Shown: piece by piece, positions 18,800 through 27,907 of the stretch
Position numbering within the stretch: position 1 is the stretch's first letter
Layout: each line of letters opens with the position of its first letter
NCBI GenBank assembly: GCA_023436395.1
Contig: JAEZJJ010000004.1
Span: 2,285-66,284, forward strand
Origin: Bacillota bacterium
GTDB lineage: Bacteria > Bacillota > Clostridia > Lachnospirales > Cellulosilyticaceae
Reading direction: 5' to 3'
Length of the DNA stretch: 64,000 bases
Made by a program: the position numbers and the translations under genes
The notes under the pieces: generated by a model
What the model was told of the DNA's origin: nothing
The model's input: only the letters and a program-made list of their open reading frames with translations
The model's database searches: none

Positions 18800-18917
18800 T
18801 TATTAAGTATGTTTTAATAAATTTAGTGAAACACTAATGAAGTGAAAATTGAAACTTGAGGCAATCTAGCCTAAGTTAGTGGATAATTATTAACTTGATT
18901 TAAAGGAGAGAAAAACT

Positions 18918-21900
18918 ATGGCAAAAACCATGATGACTGTAGATGGTAATACAGCAACAGCGTATATCGCATATGCTTATACAGATGTGGCTGCTATTTA
19001 TCCAATCACGCCCTCTACCCCTATGGCTGAGCAAATAGATGAGTGGGCAGCCCAGGGAAGAAAGAATATGTTTGGACAAACGGTGAATGTAGTGGAAATG
19101 CAATCTGAAGCAGGAGCAGCAGGTGCATTTCATGGTTCACTTCAAGCAGGTGCCTTAACTAGCACCTTTACAGCTTCACAAGGATTATTATTAATGATTC
19201 CTAATATGTATAAGGTATCAGGTGAACTTTTACCAGGTGTTTTCCATGTAAGTGCAAGAGCATTGGCAGCACAAGCACTTTCTATATTTGGGGATCATCA
19301 AGATGTTATGGCAACAAGACAAACAGGTTGTGCAATGCTGGCAACAGGTTCTGTACAAGAAATTATGGACTTAGCACCTGTAGCCCATCTGGCAGCTATT
19401 AAGGGTAGAGTTCCTTTTGTGCACTTTTTTGATGGATTTAGAACCTCTCATGAAATTCAAAAGGTAGAGGCATTAGATTACGATGATCTAGCAAGCCTTA
19501 TGCCGCAAGAGGAATTGCAAGATTTTAGGGACAGAGCTTTATCTCCTAATCATCCTGTTATTCGTGGTACTGCCCAAAATCCAGATATCTATTTTCAAAC
19601 AAGAGAAGCAAGTAATAAGTTCTATACAGCATTAGTACCTATTGTAGAAGAATATATTGAAAAGATGAATGCACTAACTGGTAGGAAATATGGCTTATTT
19701 GATTACTATGGAGATGAACAAGCAGAGAATATTTTAATTGCCATGGGATCTGTAACAGCTACTATTAGGGAGACTATTGACTATTTAAATGCGAAGGGAG
19801 AAAAACTGGGGCTTGTAAGTATTCATCTCTATAGACCATTTTCCACAGAGCATTTTTTAAGAGCCGTTCCTAAGAGTACAAAACGTATTTGTGTTCTTGA
19901 TCGTACAAAAGAACCAGGGGCTATTGGAGAACCTCTTTATCTAGATGTGCGTGCAGCTTTTTATGAACAACAAGATGCCCCAATGATTATCGGAGGACGT
20001 TATGGTTTAGGTTCTAAAGATACAACACCTACAGATATTAAAGCTATTATAGAAAATCTTGTAAGTAGTAATCCTAAAAATCAATTCACTGTAGGCATTG
20101 AAGATGATGTGACACATACTTCAATTCATACTAGTGAACCTCTTAAATTACAAGTGCCAGATTTAGTACGTTGTAAATTCTGGGGATTAGGTTCAGATGG
20201 TACAGTAGGTGCCAATAAGCAGGCTATTAAGATTATTGGAAACCATACTTCTATGTATGCCCAAGCATATTTTGACTATGATTCCAAAAAGTCAGGTGGA
20301 CTCACTATGTCACACTTGCGATTTGGAAAGGAACCTATTAATGCCCCTTATTTAATAGATGAAGCAGATTATATTGCATGCCATAATCAATCCTATGTTC
20401 ATCAATATGATCTTCTAAAGGGACTTAAAAAAGGTGGTGTCTTTGTACTCAATTGTTTATGGGATGACAAAGGACTAGAAGAAAACCTACCTGCTAGTAT
20501 GAAACGTTATATTGGAGAAAATGATATTCAGTTCTATACTGTTAATGCAGTAAAAATTGCTTCTGAAATAGGATTGGGAAATCGTATTAATATGATTATG
20601 CAAGCCGCCTTCTTTAAACTTGCCAATATTATTCCAGAAGATGAAGCTTCAAAATATTTAAAGGAAGCTGTAGTAAAGGCATATGGTAAAAAAGGTGAGA
20701 AAGTCATTAATATGAATTATGCTGCTATTGACAGAGGTTTTGAAGCAGCAGTTAAGGTGAATGTACCAGAGTCTTGGAAAACAATACAAGAAACAGAAGA
20801 AGAGGAATTTGAAGAACCTGAATTTATTAGAACTATCCTTCGTCCTATGAGTAGACAAGAGGGAGATAGTCTTCCTGTAAGCACGTTTAATGGTATTGAA
20901 GATGGGACATTTCCTAGTGGTAGCGCGGCTTATGAAAAACGTGGTATAGCTATTAATGTACCAGAATGGATTCCAGAAAATTGTATTCAGTGTAATCAAT
21001 GTTCGTTTATCTGTCCCCATGCAACTATTAGACCTTATTTATTAGATAGTGAAGAGGAGGCTGCTAAACCAGGTAGCTTTGTCACACTTAAGGCAATGGG
21101 GAAAGATATGGGGGAATTTGGTTATCGTATACAGGTAGATACCATGGATTGTACAGGCTGTGGCAACTGTGCAGATATTTGCCCAGGTAAAAAAGAGGGT
21201 AAGGCCCTGATCATGAAACCTCTTCATACACAAATAGAAAAAGAAGTGACTAACTGGGAATATGCTATTAGTAAGATTTCAAACAAAGGAGATGTGATGG
21301 CACCACATACTGTAAAGGGTAGCCAATTCAGACAACCTCTACATGAATTCTCTGGAGCTTGTGCAGGTTGTGGGGAAACAGCCTATATTAAAGTAATCAC
21401 TCAACTTTTTGGAGATCGTATGATGATTGCTAATGCAACGGGTTGTTCTTCTATCTGGGGTGCCTCAGCACCAGTTACACCTTATACAGTCAATGAAAAG
21501 GGACAAGGGCCTTCATGGGCTAACTCTTTATTCGAAGATAATGCAGAGTATGGTCTTGGAATGTATCTAGGTGTGAAACAAATTAGGGATAAATTAGAAG
21601 CTAATATGAAAGTCTTAGTAGAAATGCCAATAGATGACAATATGAAAACAATCTTTAATGAGTGGCTGAATGCTAAAGAGTCTGGAGTAGATTCAAGAAG
21701 AGTGAGCGAAGCTGTTATTGGAGTGATTGAAAATAGTGACATTTCTGACGAAGAAGCGAAGCAGTTAATTGACGAAATAAAAGAAAGGAAAGATTATCTT
21801 GTTAAACGCTCACAATGGATAGTAGGTGGAGATGGTTGGGCATATGACATTGGCTATGGTGGGCTTGACCAAGTCATGGCATCAGGTGAAGATGTTAATG

Positions 21901-22463
21901 TACTTGTATTTGATACAGAAATCTATTCCAATACAGGTGGTCAAGCTTCTAAAGCGACACCAGCAGCAGCAATTGCTAAATTTGCAGCTTCTGGTAAGAA
22001 ATCACGTAAAAAGGATTTAGGTATGATGATGATGACCTATGGTAATGTATATGTAGCACAAGTTTCTATGGGCGCTGATAAAAATCAATTTATGAAAGCG
22101 ATTATGGAAGCAGAAGCCCACTCTGGACCTTCTATCATTATTGCTTATGCCCCATGTATTAGTCATGGATTAAGAGAAGGTATGGGCAGAACGACAGCAA
22201 ACCAAGAGCAAGCTGTTAAATGTGGCTATTGGCATCTCTATAGGTACAATCCAGCACTTAAAGAACAAGGTAAGAATCCTTTTATTTTAGATTCAAAAGA
22301 ACCTAAAGAAAGTTTTAGAGAGTTCATTATGGGGCAAGTGAGATATTCTGCATTAGCAAAACAGTTCCCAGAACATGCAGAAGCATTGTTTGAACTCACA
22401 GAAAAATATGCTAAAGAACGCTATGAAAATTATAAGCGATTAGCGGAGTACACCTATAGTTAA
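18918..22463 (+). CDS. nifJ: pyruvate:ferredoxin (flavodoxin) oxidoreductase, single-polypeptide NifJ/PFOR type (copy 1)
   Basis: 1181 aa. Two 4Fe-4S motifs CIQCNQCSFICP and CTGCGNCADICP. TPP-binding region GGDGWAYDIGYGGLD. Confidence 0.95.
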   Translation: MAKTMMTVDGNTATAYIAYAYTDVAAIYPITPSTPMAEQIDEWAAQGRKNMFGQTVNVVEMQSEAGAAGAFHGSLQAGALTSTFTASQGLLLMIPNMYKVSGELLPGVFHVSARALAAQALSIFGDHQDVMATRQTGCAMLATGSVQEIMDLAPVAHLAAIKGRVPFVHFFDGFRTSHEIQKVEALDYDDLASLMPQEELQDFRDRALSPNHPVIRGTAQNPDIYFQTREASNKFYTALVPIVEEYIEKMNALTGRKYGLFDYYGDEQAENILIAMGSVTATIRETIDYLNAKGEKLGLVSIHLYRPFSTEHFLRAVPKSTKRICVLDRTKEPGAIGEPLYLDVRAAFYEQQDAPMIIGGRYGLGSKDTTPTDIKAIIENLVSSNPKNQFTVGIEDDVTHTSIHTSEPLKLQVPDLVRCKFWGLGSDGTVGANKQAIKIIGNHTSMYAQAYFDYDSKKSGGLTMSHLRFGKEPINAPYLIDEADYIACHNQSYVHQYDLLKGLKKGGVFVLNCLWDDKGLEENLPASMKRYIGENDIQFYTVNAVKIASEIGLGNRINMIMQAAFFKLANIIPEDEASKYLKEAVVKAYGKKGEKVINMNYAAIDRGFEAAVKVNVPESWKTIQETEEEEFEEPEFIRTILRPMSRQEGDSLPVSTFNGIEDGTFPSGSAAYEKRGIAINVPEWIPENCIQCNQCSFICPHATIRPYLLDSEEEAAKPGSFVTLKAMGKDMGEFGYRIQVDTMDCTGCGNCADICPGKKEGKALIMKPLHTQIEKEVTNWEYAISKISNKGDVMAPHTVKGSQFRQPLHEFSGACAGCGETAYIKVITQLFGDRMMIANATGCSSIWGASAPVTPYTVNEKGQGPSWANSLFEDNAEYGLGMYLGVKQIRDKLEANMKVLVEMPIDDNMKTIFNEWLNAKESGVDSRRVSEAVIGVIENSDISDEEAKQLIDEIKERKDYLVKRSQWIVGGDGWAYDIGYGGLDQVMASGEDVNVLVFDTEIYSNTGGQASKATPAAAIAKFAASGKKSRKKDLGMMMMTYGNVYVAQVSMGADKNQFMKAIMEAEAHSGPSIIIAYAPCISHGLREGMGRTTANQEQAVKCGYWHLYRYNPALKEQGKNPFILDSKEPKESFREFIMGQVRYSALAKQFPEHAEALFELTEKYAKERYENYKRLAEYTYS

Positions 22464-22482
22464 GAAGAATAAGAGTTATAAG

Positions 22483-22524
22483 AGGAGAAGATAGATTACT
22501 TGAGCTATCTTCTCTTTCTTTTTA
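22483..22524 (+). terminator. rho-independent terminator of PFOR copy 1
   Basis: Stem AGGAGAAGATAG / CTATCTTCTCTT followed by a T-rich tail. Confidence 0.65.
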
Positions 22525-22553
22525 AAAGTTTTTTAATTTGTGAGTATTATTTA

Positions 22554-22582
22554 TTGATTTAATTTTTGTTGTGGAATATAGT
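22554..22582 (+). promoter_or_regulatory. candidate sigma-A promoter for the isomerase/epimerase gene
   Basis: TTGATT, 17 nt, TATAGT. Confidence 0.35.
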
Positions 22583-22676
22583 AGATTTAGGTCTATATAT
22601 TATATGATATAATTAATATATAAAATGAGAATAAGGTCGGTATTGGGAGAGAATAGAGGAATTAAGGGGAGGACAT

Positions 22677-23495
22677 ATGAAGTTATCTGTTTGTTATAAT
22701 CATATTTTACTAGCAAGTGAACAGAGTGGATTACCACTTTCAGAAGTATTAAAAAGAATTAAAGATATGGGGATTGAATTCATAGGGTGTTCTTATGAAG
22801 AGCTAGCTTTATATACCCAACAAATGAAGGTATTACTAAAAGTAGCTGGATTAGGGATAAGCTTTATTTATCAACACTTTGATTTCGGGTATGATGATAA
22901 GGGAGAAGTGGGATATAAATTAATTGACTTAGCAGAAAAAATGGGAGCAAAATATGTGTTAGTTATTCCTGGATTGTTAAAGAAAAGCAGTAGTATAAAA
23001 AAGGAAGAAGCTATAGAACATATGGTACAAGCTTTAAGATTAATGTGTAAGTATGCTAAGGAAAAAAATATTGTTGTTACACTAGAAGACTATGATAATG
23101 TAAATGCACCCTATGCTACAACAGAGGAGATTTTATGGTTTATGAAAGAAGTCCCAGATTTAAAACATACATTTGATACAGGAAATTATAAATATAGAGG
23201 AGAAGACGAGGTAGAAGCACTTAAATTATTAAAAGATTATGTTGTTCAAGTTCACGTAAAAGATAGAACTACAAGTATGCAAAGAGAGGAAGTTCCAAAG
23301 CTTACAGCAGATGGGACACCATTGTTTGCTGCGCCAGTTGGATCAGGAGTAATTAAAATGAGAGAAATAATTGAAGTTTTAAAAGATATAGGATATGATG
23401 GCATATTGAATATAGAGCATTTTGATGCCAAAAATCAAATGGGATACATAGAGCAGTCTGCAAAATGGCTTGTTAAAAATGTACCAATTAATTAG
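22677..23495 (+). CDS. sugar phosphate isomerase/epimerase (xylose-isomerase-like TIM barrel) family protein
   Basis: 272 aa. Pattern ...YVLVIPG...VTLEDYD...HTFDTGNY...VHVKD...NIEHF, typical of AP-endonuclease-2/TIM-barrel proteins. Confidence 0.65.
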   Translation: MKLSVCYNHILLASEQSGLPLSEVLKRIKDMGIEFIGCSYEELALYTQQMKVLLKVAGLGISFIYQHFDFGYDDKGEVGYKLIDLAEKMGAKYVLVIPGLLKKSSSIKKEEAIEHMVQALRLMCKYAKEKNIVVTLEDYDNVNAPYATTEEILWFMKEVPDLKHTFDTGNYKYRGEDEVEALKLLKDYVVQVHVKDRTTSMQREEVPKLTADGTPLFAAPVGSGVIKMREIIEVLKDIGYDGILNIEHFDAKNQMGYIEQSAKWLVKNVPIN

Positions 23496-23734
23496 AAGCG
23501 AATTAAGTAATACTACGATTAGGAAACATATAAAGACTGTTTTTAACATTTTTGATATCTAAAAGAAGTTACTAACTTAACAATGAATTATTAAAGTCAA
23601 GCAATTTGTTGAAAAAAGTAATTTTCACCAAGTTATTTGCAAATAATTGTCTTATTTTGCTAGTGTATTATCGTGATAAATAATTATTTTAGAATAAAAT
23701 ATTTACAAAAACGAAAGATATTAACGGTAAGATA

Positions 23735-23763
23735 TTTACAAATATTGGCCGGAAGCGTAAAAT
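23735..23763 (+). promoter_or_regulatory. sigma-A promoter for PFOR copy 2
   Basis: TTTACA (23735-23740), 17 nt, TAAAAT (23758-23763). Predicted +1 is near 23770. Confidence 0.5.
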
Positions 23764-23795
23764 TATTTAGAATACTTCAATTAGTATTCTAAATA
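23764..23795 (+). promoter_or_regulatory. perfect 13-bp inverted repeat (operator or 5'-terminal mRNA stem-loop) at the predicted +1 of PFOR copy 2
   Basis: TATTTAGAATACT-TCAATT-AGTATTCTAAATA. The arms are 23764-23776 and 23783-23795, and the repeat ends 35 nt before the start codon. Confidence 0.6.
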
Positions 23796-23829
23796 CTTGT
23801 ATTATTAATAATTTAAAAGGAGAGATAAT

Positions 23830-26800
23830 ATGGGAAAAACGATGATGACCGTTGATGGAAATACAGCTGCATCTTATGTTGCATATGCATTTACTGATGT
23901 TGCTGCTATTTATCCAATTACCCCTTCGTCAACTATGGCAGAGGTAGTTGACGAATGGTCTGCACAGGGAAAGAAAAATATTTTTGGACAAACTGTTAAT
24001 GTAGTAGAAATGCAATCCGAAGCTGGTGCAGCAGGTGCTTTCCATGGTTCACTACAAGCTGGAGCATTAACCACTACTTTCACAGCCTCACAAGGGCTAT
24101 TATTAATGATTCCTAATATGTACAAAGTAGCAGGGGAACTCTTACCAGGTGTTTTTCATGTAAGTGCCCGTGCTCTTGCTGCGCAAGCACTTAATATTTT
24201 TGGAGATCATCAAGATGTTATGGCAACAAGGCAAACAGGTTGTGCTATGCTTGCAACAGGTTCCGTGCAAGAAGTTATGGACCTTGCACCAGTGGCTCAC
24301 CTTGCTGCTATTAAAGGAAGAATTCCATTTGTACATTTCTTTGATGGATTTAGAACATCACATGAAATTCAAAAAGTAGAAGCAATTGATTATGAAGATT
24401 TTGCAAAACTTGTTGATCAAGATGCACTTAAAGCATTTAGAGATAATGCACTTTCTCCAAATCATCCAGTGACAAGAGGAACTGCACAAAATCCAGATAT
24501 TTACTTCCAAACAAGGGAAGCTAGTAATAAATTCTATAATAACTTAGTACCAGTAGTTGAAGAATACATAGCTGAAATTAATAAGTTAACAGGTAGAAAT
24601 TATGGTTTATTTAATTACTATGGAGCTGAGGATGCAGAATATATCGTAGTAGCTATGGGATCTGTTACAGAAACAATTGAACAGACAATTGAAGAGCTTA
24701 ATAAAAGAGGAGCTAAATATGGTGTTGTAAAAGTACATTTATATAGACCTTTCTCTGTAAAACATTTATTAGAAGTAATTCCAAGTACAGTAAAACGTAT
24801 TTGTGTATTAGACCGTACAAAAGAACCTGGTTCAGCTGGTGAACCATTATTCTTAGATGTTTGCTCTGCATTCTATGGTAAGGCTAATGCACCTCAAATC
24901 ATTGGTGGACGTTATGGCCTTGGATCAAAAGACACTACACCAACACACATTAAAGCTGTATTTGATAACCTAGTAAGTGAAGAACCAAAAACAGGCTTTA
25001 CTGTAGCTATTAATGATGATGTTACCTTTACATCATTAGAGTGTAAAGATGAACTTAAAATTGCTGAACCAGGAACAGTAAGATGTAAATTCTGGGGACT
25101 TGGATCAGATGGTACAGTTGGTGCAAACAAACAAGCTATTAAGATTATTGGTAATCATACAGACAAATATGCTCAAGCATATTTTGCATATGATTCTAAA
25201 AAATCAGGTGGGGTAACTATTTCTCACTTACGTTTTGGTGATACACCAATTCGTTCAACCTATTTAATTGATGAAGCAGACTATATTGCTTGTCATAATC
25301 AATCTTATGTATATCAATATGATTTACTTAAAGGACTTAAAAAAGGTGGTACTTTTGTACTTAACTGTTTATGGGATGAAAGTGAATTAGAAGCTAATCT
25401 CCCAGCAAATATGAAAAAATATATCGCAGAAAATGATATTAAGTTCTATACCGTTAATGCAACTAAGATTGCGGCTGAAGTAGGTCTTGGTAATCGTATC
25501 AATATGATTATGCAATCTGCATTCTTTAAACTTGCGAATATCATCTCAGAAGAAGATGCTGTTAAATACTTAAAAGAAGCAGTAGTAAAAGCTTATGGTA
25601 AAAAAGGTGAAAAAGTTGTTAATATGAACCATGCCGCAATTGATGCAGGTTTTGAAGCAGCAGTAGCTATTAATGTACCAGCTAGTTGGAAAGAAGTAGT
25701 AAGTGAAGCAGCAGTAGCTGTAGATGAACCAGAATTCATTACAAATATCTTACGTCCAATGAATGCACAAGAAGGAGATAAACTTTCTGTAAGTGCTTTC
25801 AATGGTATTGAAGATGGTACATTCCCTTGTGGAACAGCTGCTTATGAAAAACGTGGTATTGCTATTGATGTGCCACAATGGGAAATTGATAACTGTATTC
25901 AATGTAATCAATGTTCATTTGTATGTCCACATGCATGTATCAGACCAGTACTTCTTACAGAGGAAGAACAAGCTAAAGCACCAGAAACATTTGCTACTAA
26001 GAAAGCAATTGGTAAAGGTTTAGAAGGCTTAACATATAGAATACAAGTAAGCCCATATGACTGTACAGGTTGTGGTAACTGTGTGGATATTTGTCCTGCT
26101 AAAACCAAAGCTTTAGTTATGAAACCACTTGCATCTCAAACAGAAGTAGAAGATGCAAACTGGAACTTTGCTATGAAACAAGTAAGTAGTAAAGATGATT
26201 TAGACCTTACTATGAATGTTAAGAATAGCCAATTCAAAACACCACTTATTGAGTTCTCAGGAGCTTGTGCAGGTTGTGGTGAGACAGCTTATATCAAAGT
26301 TGTAACACAACTCTTTGGTGATCGTATGATGATTGCTAATGCAACAGGATGTTCTTCTATTTGGGGAGGTTCAGCACCTAGTACACCATATACTAAGAAC
26401 AGTAAAGGACAAGGTCCATCATGGGCTAACTCTTTATTCGAAGATAATGCTGAATATGGCCTTGGTATGGCTCTTGGTGTAAATCAAATAAGAAGTAAGT
26501 TAGCTAATGTAATGCAAGAATTAGTAGCATTAGATATTGATGAATCAGCTAAAGCAGCATTTAGTGAATGGTTAGAAGTAATGAACTTAGGTGAAGCTTC
26601 TAAGGTTGCAAGTGCTAAAGTATTAGAAGTACTTGAAAATAATACAATTACTGATCCAGCTGCTAAAGTACTTGTTGCAGAAGTTGAAGATAAGAAAGAT
26701 TATCTTGTTAAACGTTCTGTATGGATGCTTGGAGGAGATGGTTGGTCATATGATATTGGTTATGGTGGGCTTGACCATGTACTTGCTTCAGGGGAAGATG

Positions 26801-27357
26801 TTAATGTATTAGTATTTGATACAGAAATTTATTCAAATACTGGTGGTCAATCTTCTAAATCTACACCAGCAGCAGCTATTGCAAAATTTGCAGCATCTGG
26901 TAAGAAAACTCGTAAAAAAGATTTAGGTATGATGATGATGAGCTATGGTAATGTGTATGTAGCACAAGTAGCTATTGGTGCTGATAAGAACCAATTTATG
27001 AAGGCTATTATGGAAGCAGAAGCACATCAAGGACCATCTATTATCATTGCTTATGCACCATGTATAAGCCATGGATTAAAAGAAGGTATGGGACGTACTG
27101 TAGCTAATGAAGACCAAGCTGTTAAAGCAGGTTACTGGCATTTATACCGTTTCAACCCAAATGTTGAAAAAGGTAAAAATCCATTTATGCTTGACTCAAA
27201 AGAACCAACAGCTAGCTTCAGAGACTTTATCATGGCGCAAGTTCGTTACTCAGCGCTTGCTAAACAATACCCAGCTCAAGCAGAAGAACTGTTTGAAATG
27301 GCAGAAGAAAATGCAAGAATAAGATATGAATCTTATCTTCGTTTAGCTGAAAGATAA
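23830..27357 (+). CDS. nifJ: pyruvate:ferredoxin (flavodoxin) oxidoreductase, NifJ/PFOR type (copy 2)
   Basis: 1175 aa, colinear with copy 1. Motifs CIQCNQCSFVCP, CTGCGNCVDICP and GGDGWSYDIGYGGLD. Confidence 0.95.
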   Translation: MGKTMMTVDGNTAASYVAYAFTDVAAIYPITPSSTMAEVVDEWSAQGKKNIFGQTVNVVEMQSEAGAAGAFHGSLQAGALTTTFTASQGLLLMIPNMYKVAGELLPGVFHVSARALAAQALNIFGDHQDVMATRQTGCAMLATGSVQEVMDLAPVAHLAAIKGRIPFVHFFDGFRTSHEIQKVEAIDYEDFAKLVDQDALKAFRDNALSPNHPVTRGTAQNPDIYFQTREASNKFYNNLVPVVEEYIAEINKLTGRNYGLFNYYGAEDAEYIVVAMGSVTETIEQTIEELNKRGAKYGVVKVHLYRPFSVKHLLEVIPSTVKRICVLDRTKEPGSAGEPLFLDVCSAFYGKANAPQIIGGRYGLGSKDTTPTHIKAVFDNLVSEEPKTGFTVAINDDVTFTSLECKDELKIAEPGTVRCKFWGLGSDGTVGANKQAIKIIGNHTDKYAQAYFAYDSKKSGGVTISHLRFGDTPIRSTYLIDEADYIACHNQSYVYQYDLLKGLKKGGTFVLNCLWDESELEANLPANMKKYIAENDIKFYTVNATKIAAEVGLGNRINMIMQSAFFKLANIISEEDAVKYLKEAVVKAYGKKGEKVVNMNHAAIDAGFEAAVAINVPASWKEVVSEAAVAVDEPEFITNILRPMNAQEGDKLSVSAFNGIEDGTFPCGTAAYEKRGIAIDVPQWEIDNCIQCNQCSFVCPHACIRPVLLTEEEQAKAPETFATKKAIGKGLEGLTYRIQVSPYDCTGCGNCVDICPAKTKALVMKPLASQTEVEDANWNFAMKQVSSKDDLDLTMNVKNSQFKTPLIEFSGACAGCGETAYIKVVTQLFGDRMMIANATGCSSIWGGSAPSTPYTKNSKGQGPSWANSLFEDNAEYGLGMALGVNQIRSKLANVMQELVALDIDESAKAAFSEWLEVMNLGEASKVASAKVLEVLENNTITDPAAKVLVAEVEDKKDYLVKRSVWMLGGDGWSYDIGYGGLDHVLASGEDVNVLVFDTEIYSNTGGQSSKSTPAAAIAKFAASGKKTRKKDLGMMMMSYGNVYVAQVAIGADKNQFMKAIMEAEAHQGPSIIIAYAPCISHGLKEGMGRTVANEDQAVKAGYWHLYRFNPNVEKGKNPFMLDSKEPTASFRDFIMAQVRYSALAKQYPAQAEELFEMAEENARIRYESYLRLAER

Positions 27358-27376
27358 TAAATGTAAGAATTCTAAT

Positions 27377-27420
27377 GAGAACACGAAATTGATATATGAT
27401 ATCAGTTTCGTGTTCTTTTA
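27377..27420 (+). terminator. rho-independent terminator of PFOR copy 2
   Basis: Long stem GAACACGAAA.TGATAT / ATATCA.TTTCGTGTTC followed by TTTT. Confidence 0.8.
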
Positions 27421-27516
27421 TATATTAGGACAATGTGGAATTTGTAACACATAAGATTTTATAGTAAACTCAATAGATAGACTATAGATATAACCAATAT
27501 AAAGGGAGTAGAAAAT

Positions 27517-27871
27517 ATGAAGATAGATTTTCATCTGCACACATATTATTCTGAAGGGACGATGTCACCAGAGGAAATTGTTCAAGAAGCAAAGAAACAG
27601 GGGCTTGATGCAATTGCAATTACAGACCATAATAGATTTGATTAAGAGTTTTAAGGAAGTAGGTGTACAAGGAATTGAATGTTATTACCCAACACATTCA
27701 GATGACCTAAGAGCAGCATGCGTGACTTTTTGTAGAGATAATAATTTAATAATGACACTAGGAAGCGATGAACATGGGGAATTTGGAAAGCAAGCAAAGC
27801 GTATTCCTCAAACAGTAGGATGTATTTCCTATCAGCTGGGAAAATTTGATATAGTACCTTTTTTAGGTTAG
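27517..27871 (+). pseudogene. decayed PHP-domain phosphoesterase gene (internal deletion plus frameshift)
   Basis: Frame 1 reads [42 protein letters not shown] then stops at 27643-27645. A different frame continues with a PHP C-terminus (GVQGIECYYPTHS...LGSDEHG). The roughly 170 aa expected between these blocks is absent. Confidence 0.7.
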
Positions 27872-27907
27872 ATATTAGAAAAGTAATAGAAGAGAAGGAG
27901 GATACAA

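Noticed and set aside
23566-23583. Rex-operator-like sequence AAGTTACTAACTTAACAA upstream of PFOR copy 2.
   Set aside because: Only one half-site (TTAACAA) matches, and the other half has three mismatches. It also lies about 170 nt upstream of the predicted promoter.
18900-27322. Multiple 60-120-aa ORFs antisense to or out of frame within the two PFOR genes (for example 20658..21020 -, 21482..21742 -, 24142..24379, 25793..26108, 27107..27322).
   Set aside because: All are embedded in strongly conserved PFOR coding sequence, lack RBSs and have biased, Cys/Ser/Leu-rich translations typical of shadow frames.
27578-27871. 97-aa ORF as an independent small protein gene.
   Set aside because: It has no RBS, and its first roughly 20 codons are an out-of-frame read of the PHP N-terminal coding sequence. 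Only its C-terminal part resembles PHP proteins, so it is treated as part of a pseudogene.
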